In this document: positions 47,301-62,300 of the stretch, piece by piece
Position numbering within the stretch: the first letter of the stretch is position 1
How the letters are laid out: the number at the start of each line of letters is the position of its first letter
Source of the DNA: Eledone cirrhosa
Taxonomy: Eukaryota
DNA length: 64,000 nucleotides
Direction: 5' to 3'
Assembly: GCA_964016885.1 (NCBI GenBank)
Contig: OZ024740.1
Location: 437,782,001-437,846,000, forward strand
Notes under the pieces: generated by a model
The model's database searches: none
The model's input: only the letters and a program-made list of their open reading frames with translations
What the model was told of the DNA's origin: nothing
Program-made: the position numbers and the translations under genes

Positions 47301-50300
47301 GACTTTGTCATGTTACTAATATAGACTTTGTCATGTTACTAATATTGACTTTGTCATGTTACTAATATTGACTTTGTCATGTTACTAATGTAGACTTTGT
47401 CATGTTACTAATATAGACTTTGTCATGCTACTAATATAGACTTTGTCATGTTACTAATATAGACTTTGTCATGTTACTAATATAGACTGTCATGTTACTA
47501 ATATAGACTGTCATGTTACTAATATAGACTTTGTCATGTTACTAATATTGACTTTGTCATGTTACTAATATAGACTTTGTTATGTTACTAATATAGACTT
47601 TGTCATGTTACTAATATAGACTTTGTCATGTTACTAATATAGACTTTGTCATGTTACTAATATAGACTTTGTCATGTTACTAATATAGACTTTGTCATGT
47701 TACTAATATTGACTTTGTCATGTTACTAATATAGACTTTGTCATGCTACTAATATAGACTTTGTCATGTTACTAATATAGACTTTGTCATGTTACTAATA
47801 TAGACTTTGTCATGTTACTAATATAGACTTTGTCATGTTACTAATATAGACTGTCATGTTACTAATATAGACTTTGTCATGTTACTAATATAGACTTTGT
47901 CATGTTACTAATATAGACTTTGTCATGTTACTAATATAGACTTTGTCATGTTACTAATATAGACTTTGTCATGTTACTAATATAGACTTTGTCATGTTAC
48001 TAATATAGACTGTCATGTTACTAATATAGACTTTGTCATGTTACTAATATAGACTTTGTTGTGTTACTAATATAGACTTTGTCATGTTACTAATATAGAC
48101 TTTGTCATGTTACTAATATAGACTTTGTCATGTTACTAATATAGACTTTGTCATGTTACTAATATAGACGTTGTCATGTTACTAATATAGACTTTGTTAT
48201 GCTACTAATATAGACTTTGTCATGTTACTAATATAGACTTTGGCATGTTACTAATATAGACTTTGTCATGTTACTAATAGACTTTGTCATGTTACTAATA
48301 TAGACGTTGTCATGTTACTAATATAGACTTTGTTATGCTACTAATATAGACTTTGTCATGTTACTAATATAGACTGTCATGTTACTAATATAGACTGTCA
48401 TGTTACTAATATAGACTGTGTCATGTTACTAATATAGACTTTCTTTTGTTACTAATATTGACTTTGTCATATTACTAATATAGACTTTGTCATGCTACTA
48501 ATATAGACATTGTCATGTTACTAATATAGACTTTGTCATGTTACTAATATAGACTGTCAAGTTACTAATATAGACTGTCATGTTACTAATATTGACTTTG
48601 TCATGTTACTAGTATAGACTTTGTCATGTTACTAATATAGACTTTGTCATGCTACTAATATAGACTTTGTCATGTTACTAATATAGACTGTCATGTTACT
48701 AATATAGACTGTCATGTTACTAATATAGACTGTCATGTTACTAATATAGACTTTGTCATGTTACTAATATTGATTTTGTCATGTTACTAATATAGACTTT
48801 GTCATGTTACTAATATAGACTTTGTCATGTTACTAATATAGACTTTGCCATGTTACTAATATAGACTCTGTCATGTTACTAATATAGACTTTGTCATGTT
48901 ACTAATATAGACTTTGTCATGTTACTAATATTGACTTTCTCATGTTACTAATATAGACTTTGTCATGTTACTAATATAGACTTTGTCATGTTACTAATGT
49001 TGACTGTCATGTTACTAATATAGACTTTGTCATGTTACTAATATAGACTTTGTCATGTTACTAATATAGACTTTGTCATGTTACTAATATAGACTTTGTC
49101 ATGTTACTAATATAGACTTTGTCATGTTACTAATATAGACTGTCATGTTACTAATATAGACTTTCTTCTGTTCCTAATATTGACTTTGTCATGTTACTAA
49201 TATAGACTTTGTCATGTTACTAATATAGACTTTGTCATGTTACTAATATAGACTTTGTCATGTTCCTAATATAGACTGTGTCATGTTACTAATATAGACT
49301 TTGTCATGTTACTAATATAGTCCGTCATGTTACTAATATAGACTTTGTCATGTTACTAATATAGACTGTGTCATGTTACTAATGTAGACTTTCTTTTGTT
49401 ACTAATATTGACTTTGTCATGTTACTAATATAGACTTTGTCATGTTACTAATATAGACTTTGTCATGTTACTAATATAGACTTTGCCATGTTACTAATAT
49501 AGACTCTGTCATGTTACTAATATAAACTTTGTCATGTTACTAATATAGACTTTGTCATGTTACTAATATTGACTTTCTCATGTTACTAATATAGACTTTG
49601 TCATGTTACTAATATAGACTTTGTCATGTTACTAATGTTGACTGTCATGTTACTAATATAGACTTTGTCATGTTACTAATATAGACTTTGTCATGTTACT
49701 AATATAGACTTTGTCATGTTACTAATATAGACTTTGTCATGTTACTAATATAGACTTTGTCATGTTACTAATATAGACTGTCATGTTACTAATATAGACT
49801 TTCTTCTGTTACTAATATTGACTTTGTCATGTTACTAATATAGACTTTGTCATGTTACTAATATAGACTTTGTCATGTTACTAATATAGACTTTGTCATG
49901 TTCCTAATATAGACTGTGTCATGTTACTAATATAGACTTTGTCATGTTACTAATATAGTCCGTCATGTTACTAATATAGACTTTGTCATGTTACTAATAT
50001 AGACTGTGTCATGTTACTAATGTAGACTTTCTTTTGTTACTAATATTGACTTTGTCATGTTACTAATATAGACTTTGTCATGCTACTAATATAGACTTTG
50101 TAATGTTACTAATATAGACTTTGTCATGTTACTAATATAGACTTTGTCATGCTACTAATATAGACTTTGTCATGTTACTAATATAGACTTTGTCATGTTA
50201 CTAATATAGACTTTCTTTTGTTACTAATATTGACTTTGTCATGTTACTAATATAGACTGTGTCATGTTACTAATATAGACTTTGTCATGTTACTAATATA

Positions 50301-53300
50301 GACTTTGTCATGTTACTAATATAGACTTTGTTATGTTACTAATATAGACTTTGTCATGTTACTAATATAGACTGTGTCATGTTACTAATATAGACTTTGT
50401 CATGTAACTAATATAGACTTTGTCATGCTACTAATATTGACTTTGTCGTGTTACTAATATAGACTGTCATGTTACTAATATAGACTTTGTCATGTTACTA
50501 ATATAGACTTTGTCATGTTACTAATATTGACTTTGTCATGTTACTAATATAGACTTTGTCATGCTACTAATATTGACTTTGTCATGTTACTAATATAGAC
50601 TTTGTCATGTTACTAATATAGACTTTGTTATGTTACTAATATAGACTTTGTCATGTTATTAATATAGACTGTGTCATGTTACTAATATAGACTTTGTCAT
50701 GTAACTAATATAGACTTTGTCATGCTACTAATATTGACTTTGTCGTGTTACTAATATAGACTGTCATGTTACTAATATAGACTTTGTCATGTTACTAATA
50801 TAGACTTTGTCATGTTACTAATATAGACTTTGTCATGTTACTAATATAGACTTTGTCATGTCACTAATATAGACTGTGTCATGTTACTAATATAGACTTT
50901 GTCATGTTACTAATATAGACTGTGTCATGTTACTAATATAGACTTTGTCATGTTACTAATATAGACTTTGTCATGTTACTAATATAGACTTTGTCATGTT
51001 ACTAATATAGACTTTGTCATGTTACTCATATTGACTTTGTCATGTTACTAATATAGACTGTCATGTTACTAATATTGACTTTGTCATGTTACTAATATAG
51101 ACTTTGTCATGCTACTAATATTGACTTTGTCATGTTACTAATATAGACTTTGTCATGTTACTAATATAGACTTTGTCATGTTACTAATATAGACTTTGTC
51201 ATGTTACTAATATAGACTTTGTCATGTTACTAATATAGACTTTGTCATGTTACTAATATAGACTTTGTCATGTTACTAATATAGACTTTGTCATGTTACT
51301 AATATAGACTTTGTCATGTCACTAATATAGACTGTGTCATGTTACTAATATAGACTTTGTCATGTTACTAATATAGACTTTGTCATGTTACTAATATAGA
51401 CATTGACATGTTACTAATATAGACTTTGTCATGTTACTAATATAGACTTTGTCATGTTACTAATATAGACTTTGTCATATTACTAATATAGACTTTGTCA
51501 TGTTACTAATATTGACTTTGTCATGTTACTAATATAGACTTTGTCATGCTACTAATATTGACTTTGTCATGTTACTAATATAGACTTTGTCATGTTACTA
51601 ATATAGACTTTGTTATGTTACTAATATAGACTTTGTCATGCTACTAATATAGACTGTGTCATGTTACTAATATAGACTTTGTCATTCTACTAATATTGAC
51701 TTTGTCGTGTTACTAATATAGACTGTCATGTTACTAATATAGACTTTGTCATGTTACTAATATAGACTTTGTCATGTTACTAATATAGACTTTGTCATGT
51801 TACTAATATAGACTTTGTCATGTTACTAATATAGACTTTGTTATGTTACTAATATAGACTTTGTTATGTTACTAATATAGACTTTGTTATGTTACTAATA
51901 TAGACCTTGTTATGTTACTAATATAGACTTTGTTATGTTACTAATATAGACTTTGTTATGTTACTAATGTAGACTTTGTTATGTTACTAATGTAGACTTT
52001 GTCATGTTACTAATGTAGACTGATGTTACTAATATAGACTGTGTCATGTTACTAATATAGACTGTGTCATGTTACTAATATAGATTGTGTCCTGTTACTA
52101 ATATAGACTTTGTTGTGTTACTAATATAGACTTTGTTATGTTACTAATATAGACTTTGTCATGTTACTAATATAGACTGATGTTACTAATATAGACTGTG
52201 TCATGTTACTAATATAGACTGTGTCATGTTACTAATATTGACTTTGTCATGTTACTAATATAGACTTTGTCATGTTACTAATATAGACTTTGTCATGTTA
52301 CTAATATAGACTTTGTCATGTTACTAATATAGACTTTGTCATGTTACTAATATAGACTTTGTCATGTTACTAATATAGACTTTGTCATGTTACTAATATA
52401 GACTTTGTCATGTCACTAATATAGACTGTGTCATGTTACTAATATAGACTTTGTCATGTTACTAATATAGACTTTGTCATGTTACTAATATAGACATTGT
52501 CATGTTACTAATATAGACTTTGTCATGTTACTAATATAGACTTTGTCATGTTACTAATATTGACTTTGTCATGTTACTAATATAGACTTTGTCATATTAC
52601 TAATATAGACTTTGTCATGTTACTAATATTGACTTTGTCATGTTACTAATATAGACTTTGTCATGCTACTAATATTGACTTTGTCATGTTACTAATATAG
52701 ACTTTGTCATGTTACTAATATAGACTTTGTCATGTTACTAATATAGACTTTGTCATGTTACTAATATAGACTTTGTCATGTTACTAATATAGACTTTGTC
52801 ATGTTACTAATATAGACTTTGTCATGTCACTAATATAGACTGTGTCATGTTACTAATATAGACTTTGTCATGTTACTAATATAGACTTTGTCATGTTACT
52901 AATATAGACATTGTCATGTTACTAATATAGACTTTGTCATGTTACTAATATAGACTTTGTCATGTTACTAATATTGACTTTGTCATGTTACTAATATAGA
53001 CTTTGTCATATTACTAATATAGACTTTGTCATGTTACTAATATAGACTTTGTCATGTTACTAATATAGACTGTCATGTTACTAATATAGACTTTGTCATG
53101 TTACTAATATAGACTTTGTCATGTTACTAATATAGACTTTGTCATGTTACTAATATAGACTTTGTCATGTTACTAATATAGACTTTGTCATGTTACTAAT
53201 ATAGACTTTGTCATGTTACTAATATAGACTGTCATGTTACTAATATAGACTTTGTCATGTTACTAATATAGACTTTGTTGTGTTACTAATATAGACTTTG

Positions 53301-56300
53301 TCATGTTACTAATATAGACTTTGTCATGTTACTAATATAGACTTTGTCATGTTACTAATATAGACTTTGTCATGTTACTAATATAGACGTTGTCATGTTA
53401 CTAATATAGACTTTGTTATGCTACTAATATAGACTTTGTCATGTTACTAATATAGACTTTGGCATGTTACTAATATAGACTTTGTCATGTTACTAATAGA
53501 CTTTGTCATGTTACTAATATAGACGTTGTCATGTTACTAATATAGACTTTGTTATGCTACTAATATAGACTTTGTCATGTTACTAATATAGACTGTCATG
53601 TTACTAATATAGACTGTCATGTTACTAATATAGACTGTGTCATGTTACTAATATAGACTTTCTTTTGTTACTAATATTGACTTTGTCATGTTACTAATAT
53701 AGACTTTGTCATATTACTAATATAGACTTTGTCATGCTACTAATATAGACATTGTCATGTTACTAATATAGACTTTGTCATGTTACTAATATAGACTGTC
53801 AAGTTACTAATATAGACTGTCATGTTACTAATATTGACTTTGTCATGTTACTAGTATAGACTTTGTCATGTTACTAATATAGACTTTGTCATGCTACTAA
53901 TATAGACTTTGTCATGTTACTAATATAGACTGTCATGTTACTAATATAGACTGTCATGTTACTAATATAGACTGTCATGTTACTAATATAGACTTTGTCA
54001 TGTTACTAATATTGATTTTGTCATGTTACTAATATAGACTTTGTCATGTTACTAATATAGACTTTGTCATGTTACTAATATAGACTTTGCCATGTTACTA
54101 ATATAGACTCTGTCATGTTACTAATATAGACTTTGTCATGTTACTAATATAGACTTTGTCATGTTACTAATATTGACTTTCTCATGTTACTAATATAGAC
54201 TTTGTCATGTTACTAATATAGACTTTGTCATGTTACTAATGTTGACTGTCATGTTACTAATATAGACTTTGTCATGTTACTAATATAGACTTTGTCATGT
54301 TACTAATATAGACTTTGTCATGTTACTAATATAGACTTTGTCATGTTACTAATATAGACTTTGTCATGTTACTAATATAGACTGTCATGTTACTAATATA
54401 GACTTTCTTCTGTTACTAATATTGACTTTGTCATGTTACTAATATAGACTTTGTCATGTTACTAATATAGACTTTGTCATGTTACTAATATAGACTTTGT
54501 CATGTTCCTAATATAGACTGTGTCATGTTACTAATATAGACTTTGTCATGTTACTAATATAGTCCGTCATGTTACTAATATAGACTTTGTCATGTTACTA
54601 ATATAGACTGTGTCATGTTACTAATGTAGACTTTCTTTTGTTACTAATATTGACTTTGTCATGTTACTAATATAGACTTTGTCATGTTACTAATATAGAC
54701 TTTGTCATGTTACTAATATAGACTTTGCCATGTTACTAATATAGACTCTGTCATGTTACTAATATAGACTTTGTCATGTTACTAATATAGACTTTGTCAT
54801 GTTACTAATATTGACTTTCTCATGTTACTAATATAGACTTTGTCATGTTACTAATATAGACTTTGTCATGTTACTAATGTTGACTGTCATGTTACTAATA
54901 TAGACTTTGTCATGTTACTAATATAGACTTTGTCATGTTACTAATATAGACTTTGTCATGTTACTAATATAGACTTTGTCATGTTACTAATATAGACTTT
55001 GTCATGTTACTAATATAGACTGTCATGTTACTAATATAGACTTTCTTCTGTTACTAATATTGACTTTGTCATGTTACTAATATAGACTTTGTCATGTTAC
55101 TAATATAGACTTTGTCATGTTACTAATATAGACTTTGTCATGTTCCTAATATAGACTGTGTCATGTTACTAATATAGACTTTGTCATGTTACTAATATAG
55201 TCCGTCATGTTACTAATATAGACTTTGTCATGTTACTAATATAGACTGTGTCATGTTACTAATGTAGACTTTCTTTTGTTACTAATATTGACTTTGTCAT
55301 GTTACTAATATAGACTTTGTCATGCTACTAATATAGACTTTGTAATGTTACTAATATAGACTTTGTCATGTTACTAATATAGACTTTGTCATGCTACTAA
55401 TATAGACTTTGTCATGTTACTAATATAGACTTTGTCATGTTACTAATATAGACTTTCTTTTGTTACTAATATTGACTTTGTCATGTTACTAATATAGACT
55501 GTGTCATGTTACTAATATAGACTTTGTCATGTTACTAATATAGACTTTGTCATGTTACTAATATAGACTTTGTTATGTTACTAATATAGACTTTGTCATG
55601 TTACTAATATAGACTGTGTCATGTTACTAATATAGACTTTGTCATGTAACTAATATAGACTTTGTCATGCTACTAATATTGACTTTGTCGTGTTACTAAT
55701 ATAGACTGTCATGTTACTAATATAGACTTTGTCATGTTACTAATATAGACTTTGTCATGTTACTAATATTGACTTTGTCATGTTACTAATATAGACTTTG
55801 TCATGCTACTAATATTGACTTTGTCATGTTACTAATATAGACTTTGTCATGTTACTAATATAGACTTTGTTATGTTACTAATATAGACTTTGTCATGTTA
55901 CTAATATAGACTGTGTCATGTTACTAATATAGACTTTGTCATGTAACTAATATAGACTTTGTCATGCTACTAATATTGACTTTGTCGTGTTACTAATATA
56001 GACTGTCATGTTACTAATATAGACTTTGTCATGTTACTAATATAGACTTTGTCATGTTACTAATATAGACTTTGTCATGTTACTAATATAGACTTTGTCA
56101 TGTCACTAATATAGACTGTGTCATGTTACTAATATAGACTTTGTCATGTTACTAATATAGACTGTGTCATGTTACTAATATAGACTTTGTCATGTTACTA
56201 ATATAGACTTTGTCATGTTACTAATATAGACTTTGTCATGTTACTAATATAGACTTTGTCATGTTACTCATATTGACTTTGTCATGTTACTAATATAGAC

Positions 56301-59300
56301 TGTCATGTTACTAATATTGACTTTGTCATGTTACTAATATAGACTTTGTCATGCTACTAATATTGACTTTGTCATGTTACTAATATAGACTTTGTCATGT
56401 TACTAATATAGACTTTGTCATGTTACTAATATAGACTTTGTCATGTTACTAATATAGACTTTGTCATGTTACTAATATAGACTTTGTCATGTTACTAATA
56501 TAGACTTTGTCATGTTACTAATATAGACTTTGTCATGTTACTAATATAGACTTTGTCATGTTACTAATATAGACTTTGTCATGTTACTAATATAGACTTT
56601 GTCATGTTACTAATATAGACTTTGTCATGTTACTAATATAGACTTTGTCATGTTACTAATATAGACTTTGTCATGTTACTAATATAGACTTTGTCATGTT
56701 ACTAATATAGACTTTGTCATGTCACTAATATAGACTGTGTCATGTTACTAATATAGACTTTGTCATGTTACTAATATAGACTTTGTCATGTTACTAATAT
56801 AGACATTGACATGTTACTAATATAGACTTTGTCATGTTACTAATATAGACTTTGTCATGTTACTAATATAGACTTTGTCATATTACTAATATAGACTTTG
56901 TCATGTTACTAATATTGACTTTGTCATGTTACTAATATAGACTTTGTCATGCTACTAATATTGACTTTGTCATGTTACTAATATAGACTTTGTCATGTTA
57001 CTAATATAGACTTTGTTATGTTACTAATATAGACTTTGTCATGCTACTAATATAGACTGTGTCATGTTACTAATATAGACTTTGTCATTCTACTAATATT
57101 GACTTTGTCGTGTTACTAATATAGACTGTCATGTTACTAATATAGACTTTGTCATGTTACTAATATAGACTTTGTCATGTTACTAATATAGACTTTGTCA
57201 TGTTACTAATATAGACTTTGTTATGTTACTAATATAGACTTTGTTATGTTACTAATATAGACTTTGTTATGTTACTAATATAGACCTTGTTATGTTACTA
57301 ATATAGACTTTGTTATGTTACTAATATAGACTTTGTTATGTTACTAATGTAGACTTTGTTATGTTACTAATGTAGACTTTGTCATGTTACTAATGTAGAC
57401 TGATGTTACTAATATAGACTGTGTCATGTTACTAATATAGACTGTGTCATGTTACTAATATAGATTGTGTCCTGTTACTAATATAGACTTTGTTGTGTTA
57501 CTAATATAGACTTTGTTATGTTACTAATATAGACTTTGTCATGTTACTAATATAGACTGATGTTACTAATATAGACTGTGTCATGTTACTAATATAGACT
57601 GTGTCATGTTACTAATATTGACTTTGTCATGTTACTAATATAGACTTTGTCATGTTACTAATATAGACTTTGTCATGTTACTAATATAGACTTTGTCATG
57701 TTACTAATATAGACTTTGTCATGTTACTAATATAGACTTTGTCATGTTGCTAATATAGACTTTGTCATGTTACTAATATTGACTTTGTCATGTTACTAAT
57801 ATAGACTTTGTCATATTACTAATATAGACTTTGTCATGTTACTAATATTGACTTTGTCATGTTACTAATATAGACTTTGTCATGCTACTAATATTGACTT
57901 TGTCATGTTACTAATATAGACTTTGTCATGTTACTAATATAGACTTTGTTATATTACTAATATAGACTTTGTCATGCTACTAATATAGACTGTGTCATGT
58001 TACTAATATAGACTTTGTCATTCTACTAATATTGACTTTGTCGTGTTACTAATATAGACTGTCATGTTACTAATATAGACTTTGTCATGTTACTAATATA
58101 GACTTTGTCATGTTACTAATATAGACTTTGTCATGTTACTAATATAGACTTTGTCATGTTACTAATATAGACTTTGTTATGTTACTAATATAGACTTTGT
58201 TATGTTACTAATATAGACTTTGTTATGTTACTAATATAGACTTTGTTATGTTACTAATATAGACCTTGTTATGTTACTAATATAGACTTTGTTATGTTAC
58301 TAATATAGACTTTGTTATGTTACTAATGTAGACTTTGTTATGTTACTAATGTAGACTTTGTCATGTTACTAATGTAGACTGATGTTACTAATATAGACTG
58401 TGTCATGTTACTAATATAGACTGTGTCATGTTACTAATATAGATTGTGTCCTGTTACTAATATAGACTTTGTTGTGTTACTAATATAGACTTTGTTATGT
58501 TACTAATATAGACTTTGTCATGTTACTAATATAGACTGATGTTACTAATATAGACTGTGTTATGTTACTAATATAGACTGTGTCATGTTACTAATATTGA
58601 CTTTGTCATGTTACTAATATAGACTTTGTCATGTTACTAATATAGACTTTGTCATGTTACTAATATAGACTTTGTCATGTTACTAATATAGACTTTGTCA
58701 TGTTACTAATATTGACTTTGTCATGTTACTAATATTGACTTTGTCATGTTACTAATATAGACTTTGTCATGCTACTAATATAGACTTTGTCATGTTACTA
58801 ATATAGACTTTGTCATGTTACTAATATAGACTTTGTCATGTTACTAATATAGACTTTGTCATGTTACTAATATAGACTTTGTCATGTTACTAATATAGAC
58901 TTTGTCATGTTACTAATATAGACTTTGTCATGTTACTAATATTGACTTTGTCATGTTACTAATATTGACTTTGTCATGTTACTAATATTGACTTTGTCAT
59001 GTTACTAATATAGACTTTGTCATGTTACTAATATTGACTTTGTCATGTTACTAATATAGACTGTGTCATGTTACTAATATAGACTTTGTCATGTAACTAA
59101 TATAGACTTTGTCATGTAACTAATATAGACTTTGTCATGCTACTAATATTGACTTCGTCGTGTTACTAATATAGACTGTCATGTTACTAATATAGACTTT
59201 GTCATGTTACTAATATAGACTTTGTCATGTTACTAATATAGACTTTGTCATGTTACTAATATAGACTTTGTCATGTCACTAATATAGACTGTGTCATGTT

Positions 59301-62300
59301 ACTAATATAGACTTTGTCATGTTACTAATATAGACTTTGTCATGTTACTAATATAGACTTTGTCATGATACTAATATAGACTTTGTCATGTTACTAATAT
59401 AGACTTTGTCATGTTACTAATATAGACTTTGTCATGTTACTAATATTGACTTTGTCATGTTACTAATATTGACTTTGTTATGTTACTAATATAGACTTTG
59501 TTATGTTACTAATATAGACTTTGTCATGTTACTAATATAGACTGTGTCATGTTACTAATATAGACTTTGTCGTGTTACTAATATAGACTTTGTCATGCTA
59601 CTAATATAGACTTTGTCATGTTACTAATATAGACTTTGTCATGTTACTAATATAGACTTTGTCATGTTACTAATATAGACTTTGTCATGTTACTAATATA
59701 GACTTTGTCATGTTACTAATATTGACTTTGTCATGTTACTAATATTGACTTTGTCATGCTACTAATATAGACTTTGTCATGTTACTAATATAGACTCTCA
59801 TGTTACTAATATAGACTGTCATGTTACTAATATAGACATTGTCATGCTACTAATATAGACATTGTCATGTTACTAATATAGACTTTGTTATGCTACTAAT
59901 ATAGACTTTGTCATGTTACTAATATAGACTGTCATGTTACTAATATAGACTTTCTTTTGTTACTAATATTGACTTTGTCATGTTACTAATATAGACTTTG
60001 TCATGTTACTAATATAGACTTTGTCATGTTACTAATATAGACTGTCATGTTACTAATATAGACTTTCTTCTGTTACTAATATTGACTTTGTCATGTTACT
60101 AATATAGACTTTGTCATGTTACTAATATAGACTTTGTCATGTTACTAATATAGACTTTGTCATGTTCCTAATATAGACTGTGTCATGTTACTAATATAGA
60201 CTTTGTCATGTTACTAATATAGTCCGTCATGTTACTAATATAGACTTTGTCATGTTACTAATATAGACTGTGTCATGTTACTAATGTAGACTTTCTTTTG
60301 TTACTAATATTGACTTTGTCATGTTACTAATATAGACTTTGTCATGCTACTAATATAGACTTTGTAATGTTACTAATATAGACTTTGTCATGTTACTAAT
60401 ATAGACTTTGTCATGCTACTAATATAGACTTTGTCATGTTACTAATATAGACTTTGTCATGTTACTAATATAGACTTTCTTTTGTTACTAATATTGACTT
60501 TGTCATGTTACTAATATAGACTGTGTCATGTTACTAATATAGACTTTGTCATGTTACTAATATAGACTTTGTCATGTTACTAATATAGACTTTGTTATGT
60601 TACTAATATAGACTTTGTCATGTTACTAATATAGACTGTGTCATGTTACTAATATAGACTTTGTCATGTAACTAATATAGACTTTGTCATGCTACTAATA
60701 TTGACTTTGTCGTGTTACTAATATAGACTGTCATGTTACTAATATAGACTTTGTCATGTTACTAATATAGACTTTGTCATGTTACTAATATTGACTTTGT
60801 CATGTTACTAATATAGACTTTGTCATGCTACTAATATTGACTTTGTCATGTTACTAATATAGACTTTGTCATGTTACTAATATAGACTTTGTTATGTTAC
60901 TAATATAGACTTTGTCATGTTACTAATATAGACTGTGTCATGTTACTAATATAGACTTTGTCATGTAACTAATATAGACTTTGTCATGCTACTAATATTG
61001 ACTTTGTCGTGTTACTAATATAGACTGTCATGTTACTAATATAGACTTTGTCATGTTACTAATATAGACTTTGTCATGTTACTAATATAGACTTTGTCAT
61101 GTTACTAATATAGACTTTGTCATGTCACTAATATAGACTGTGTCATGTTACTAATATAGACTTTGTCATGTTACTAATATAGACTGTGTCATGTTACTAA
61201 TATAGACTTTGTCATGTTACTAATATAGACTTTGTCATGTTACTAATATAGACTTTGTCATGTTACTAATATAGACTTTGTCATGTTACTCATATTGACT
61301 TTGTCATGTTACTAATATAGACTGTCATGTTACTAATATTGACTTTGTCATGTTACTAATATAGACTTTGTCATGCTACTAATATTGACTTTGTCATGTT
61401 ACTAATATAGACTTTGTCATGTTACTAATATAGACTTTGTCATGTTACTAATATAGACTTTGTCATGTTACTAATATAGACTTTGTCATGTTACTAATAT
61501 AGACTTTGTCATGTTACTAATATAGACTTTGTCATGTTACTAATATAGACTTTGTCATGTTACTAATATAGACTTTGTCATGTTACTAATATAGACTTTG
61601 TCATGTTACTAATATAGACTTTGTCATGTTACTAATATAGACTTTGTCATGTTACTAATATAGACTTTGTCATGTTACTAATATAGACTTTGTCATGTTA
61701 CTAATATAGACTTTGTCATGTTACTAATATAGACTTTGTCATGTCACTAATATAGACTGTGTCATGTTACTAATATAGACTTTGTCATGTTACTAATATA
61801 GACTTTGTCATGTTACTAATATAGACATTGACATGTTACTAATATAGACTTTGTCATGTTACTAATATAGACTTTGTCATGTTACTAATATAGACTTTGT
61901 CATATTACTAATATAGACTTTGTCATGTTACTAATATTGACTTTGTCATGTTACTAATATAGACTTTGTCATGCTACTAATATTGACTTTGTCATGTTAC
62001 TAATATAGACTTTGTCATGTTACTAATATAGACTTTGTTATGTTACTAATATAGACTTTGTCATGCTACTAATATAGACTGTGTCATGTTACTAATATAG
62101 ACTTTGTCATTCTACTAATATTGACTTTGTCGTGTTACTAATATAGACTGTCATGTTACTAATATAGACTTTGTCATGTTACTAATATAGACTTTGTCAT
62201 GTTACTAATATAGACTTTGTCATGTTACTAATATAGACTTTGTTATGTTACTAATATAGACTTTGTTATGTTACTAATATAGACTTTGTTATGTTACTAA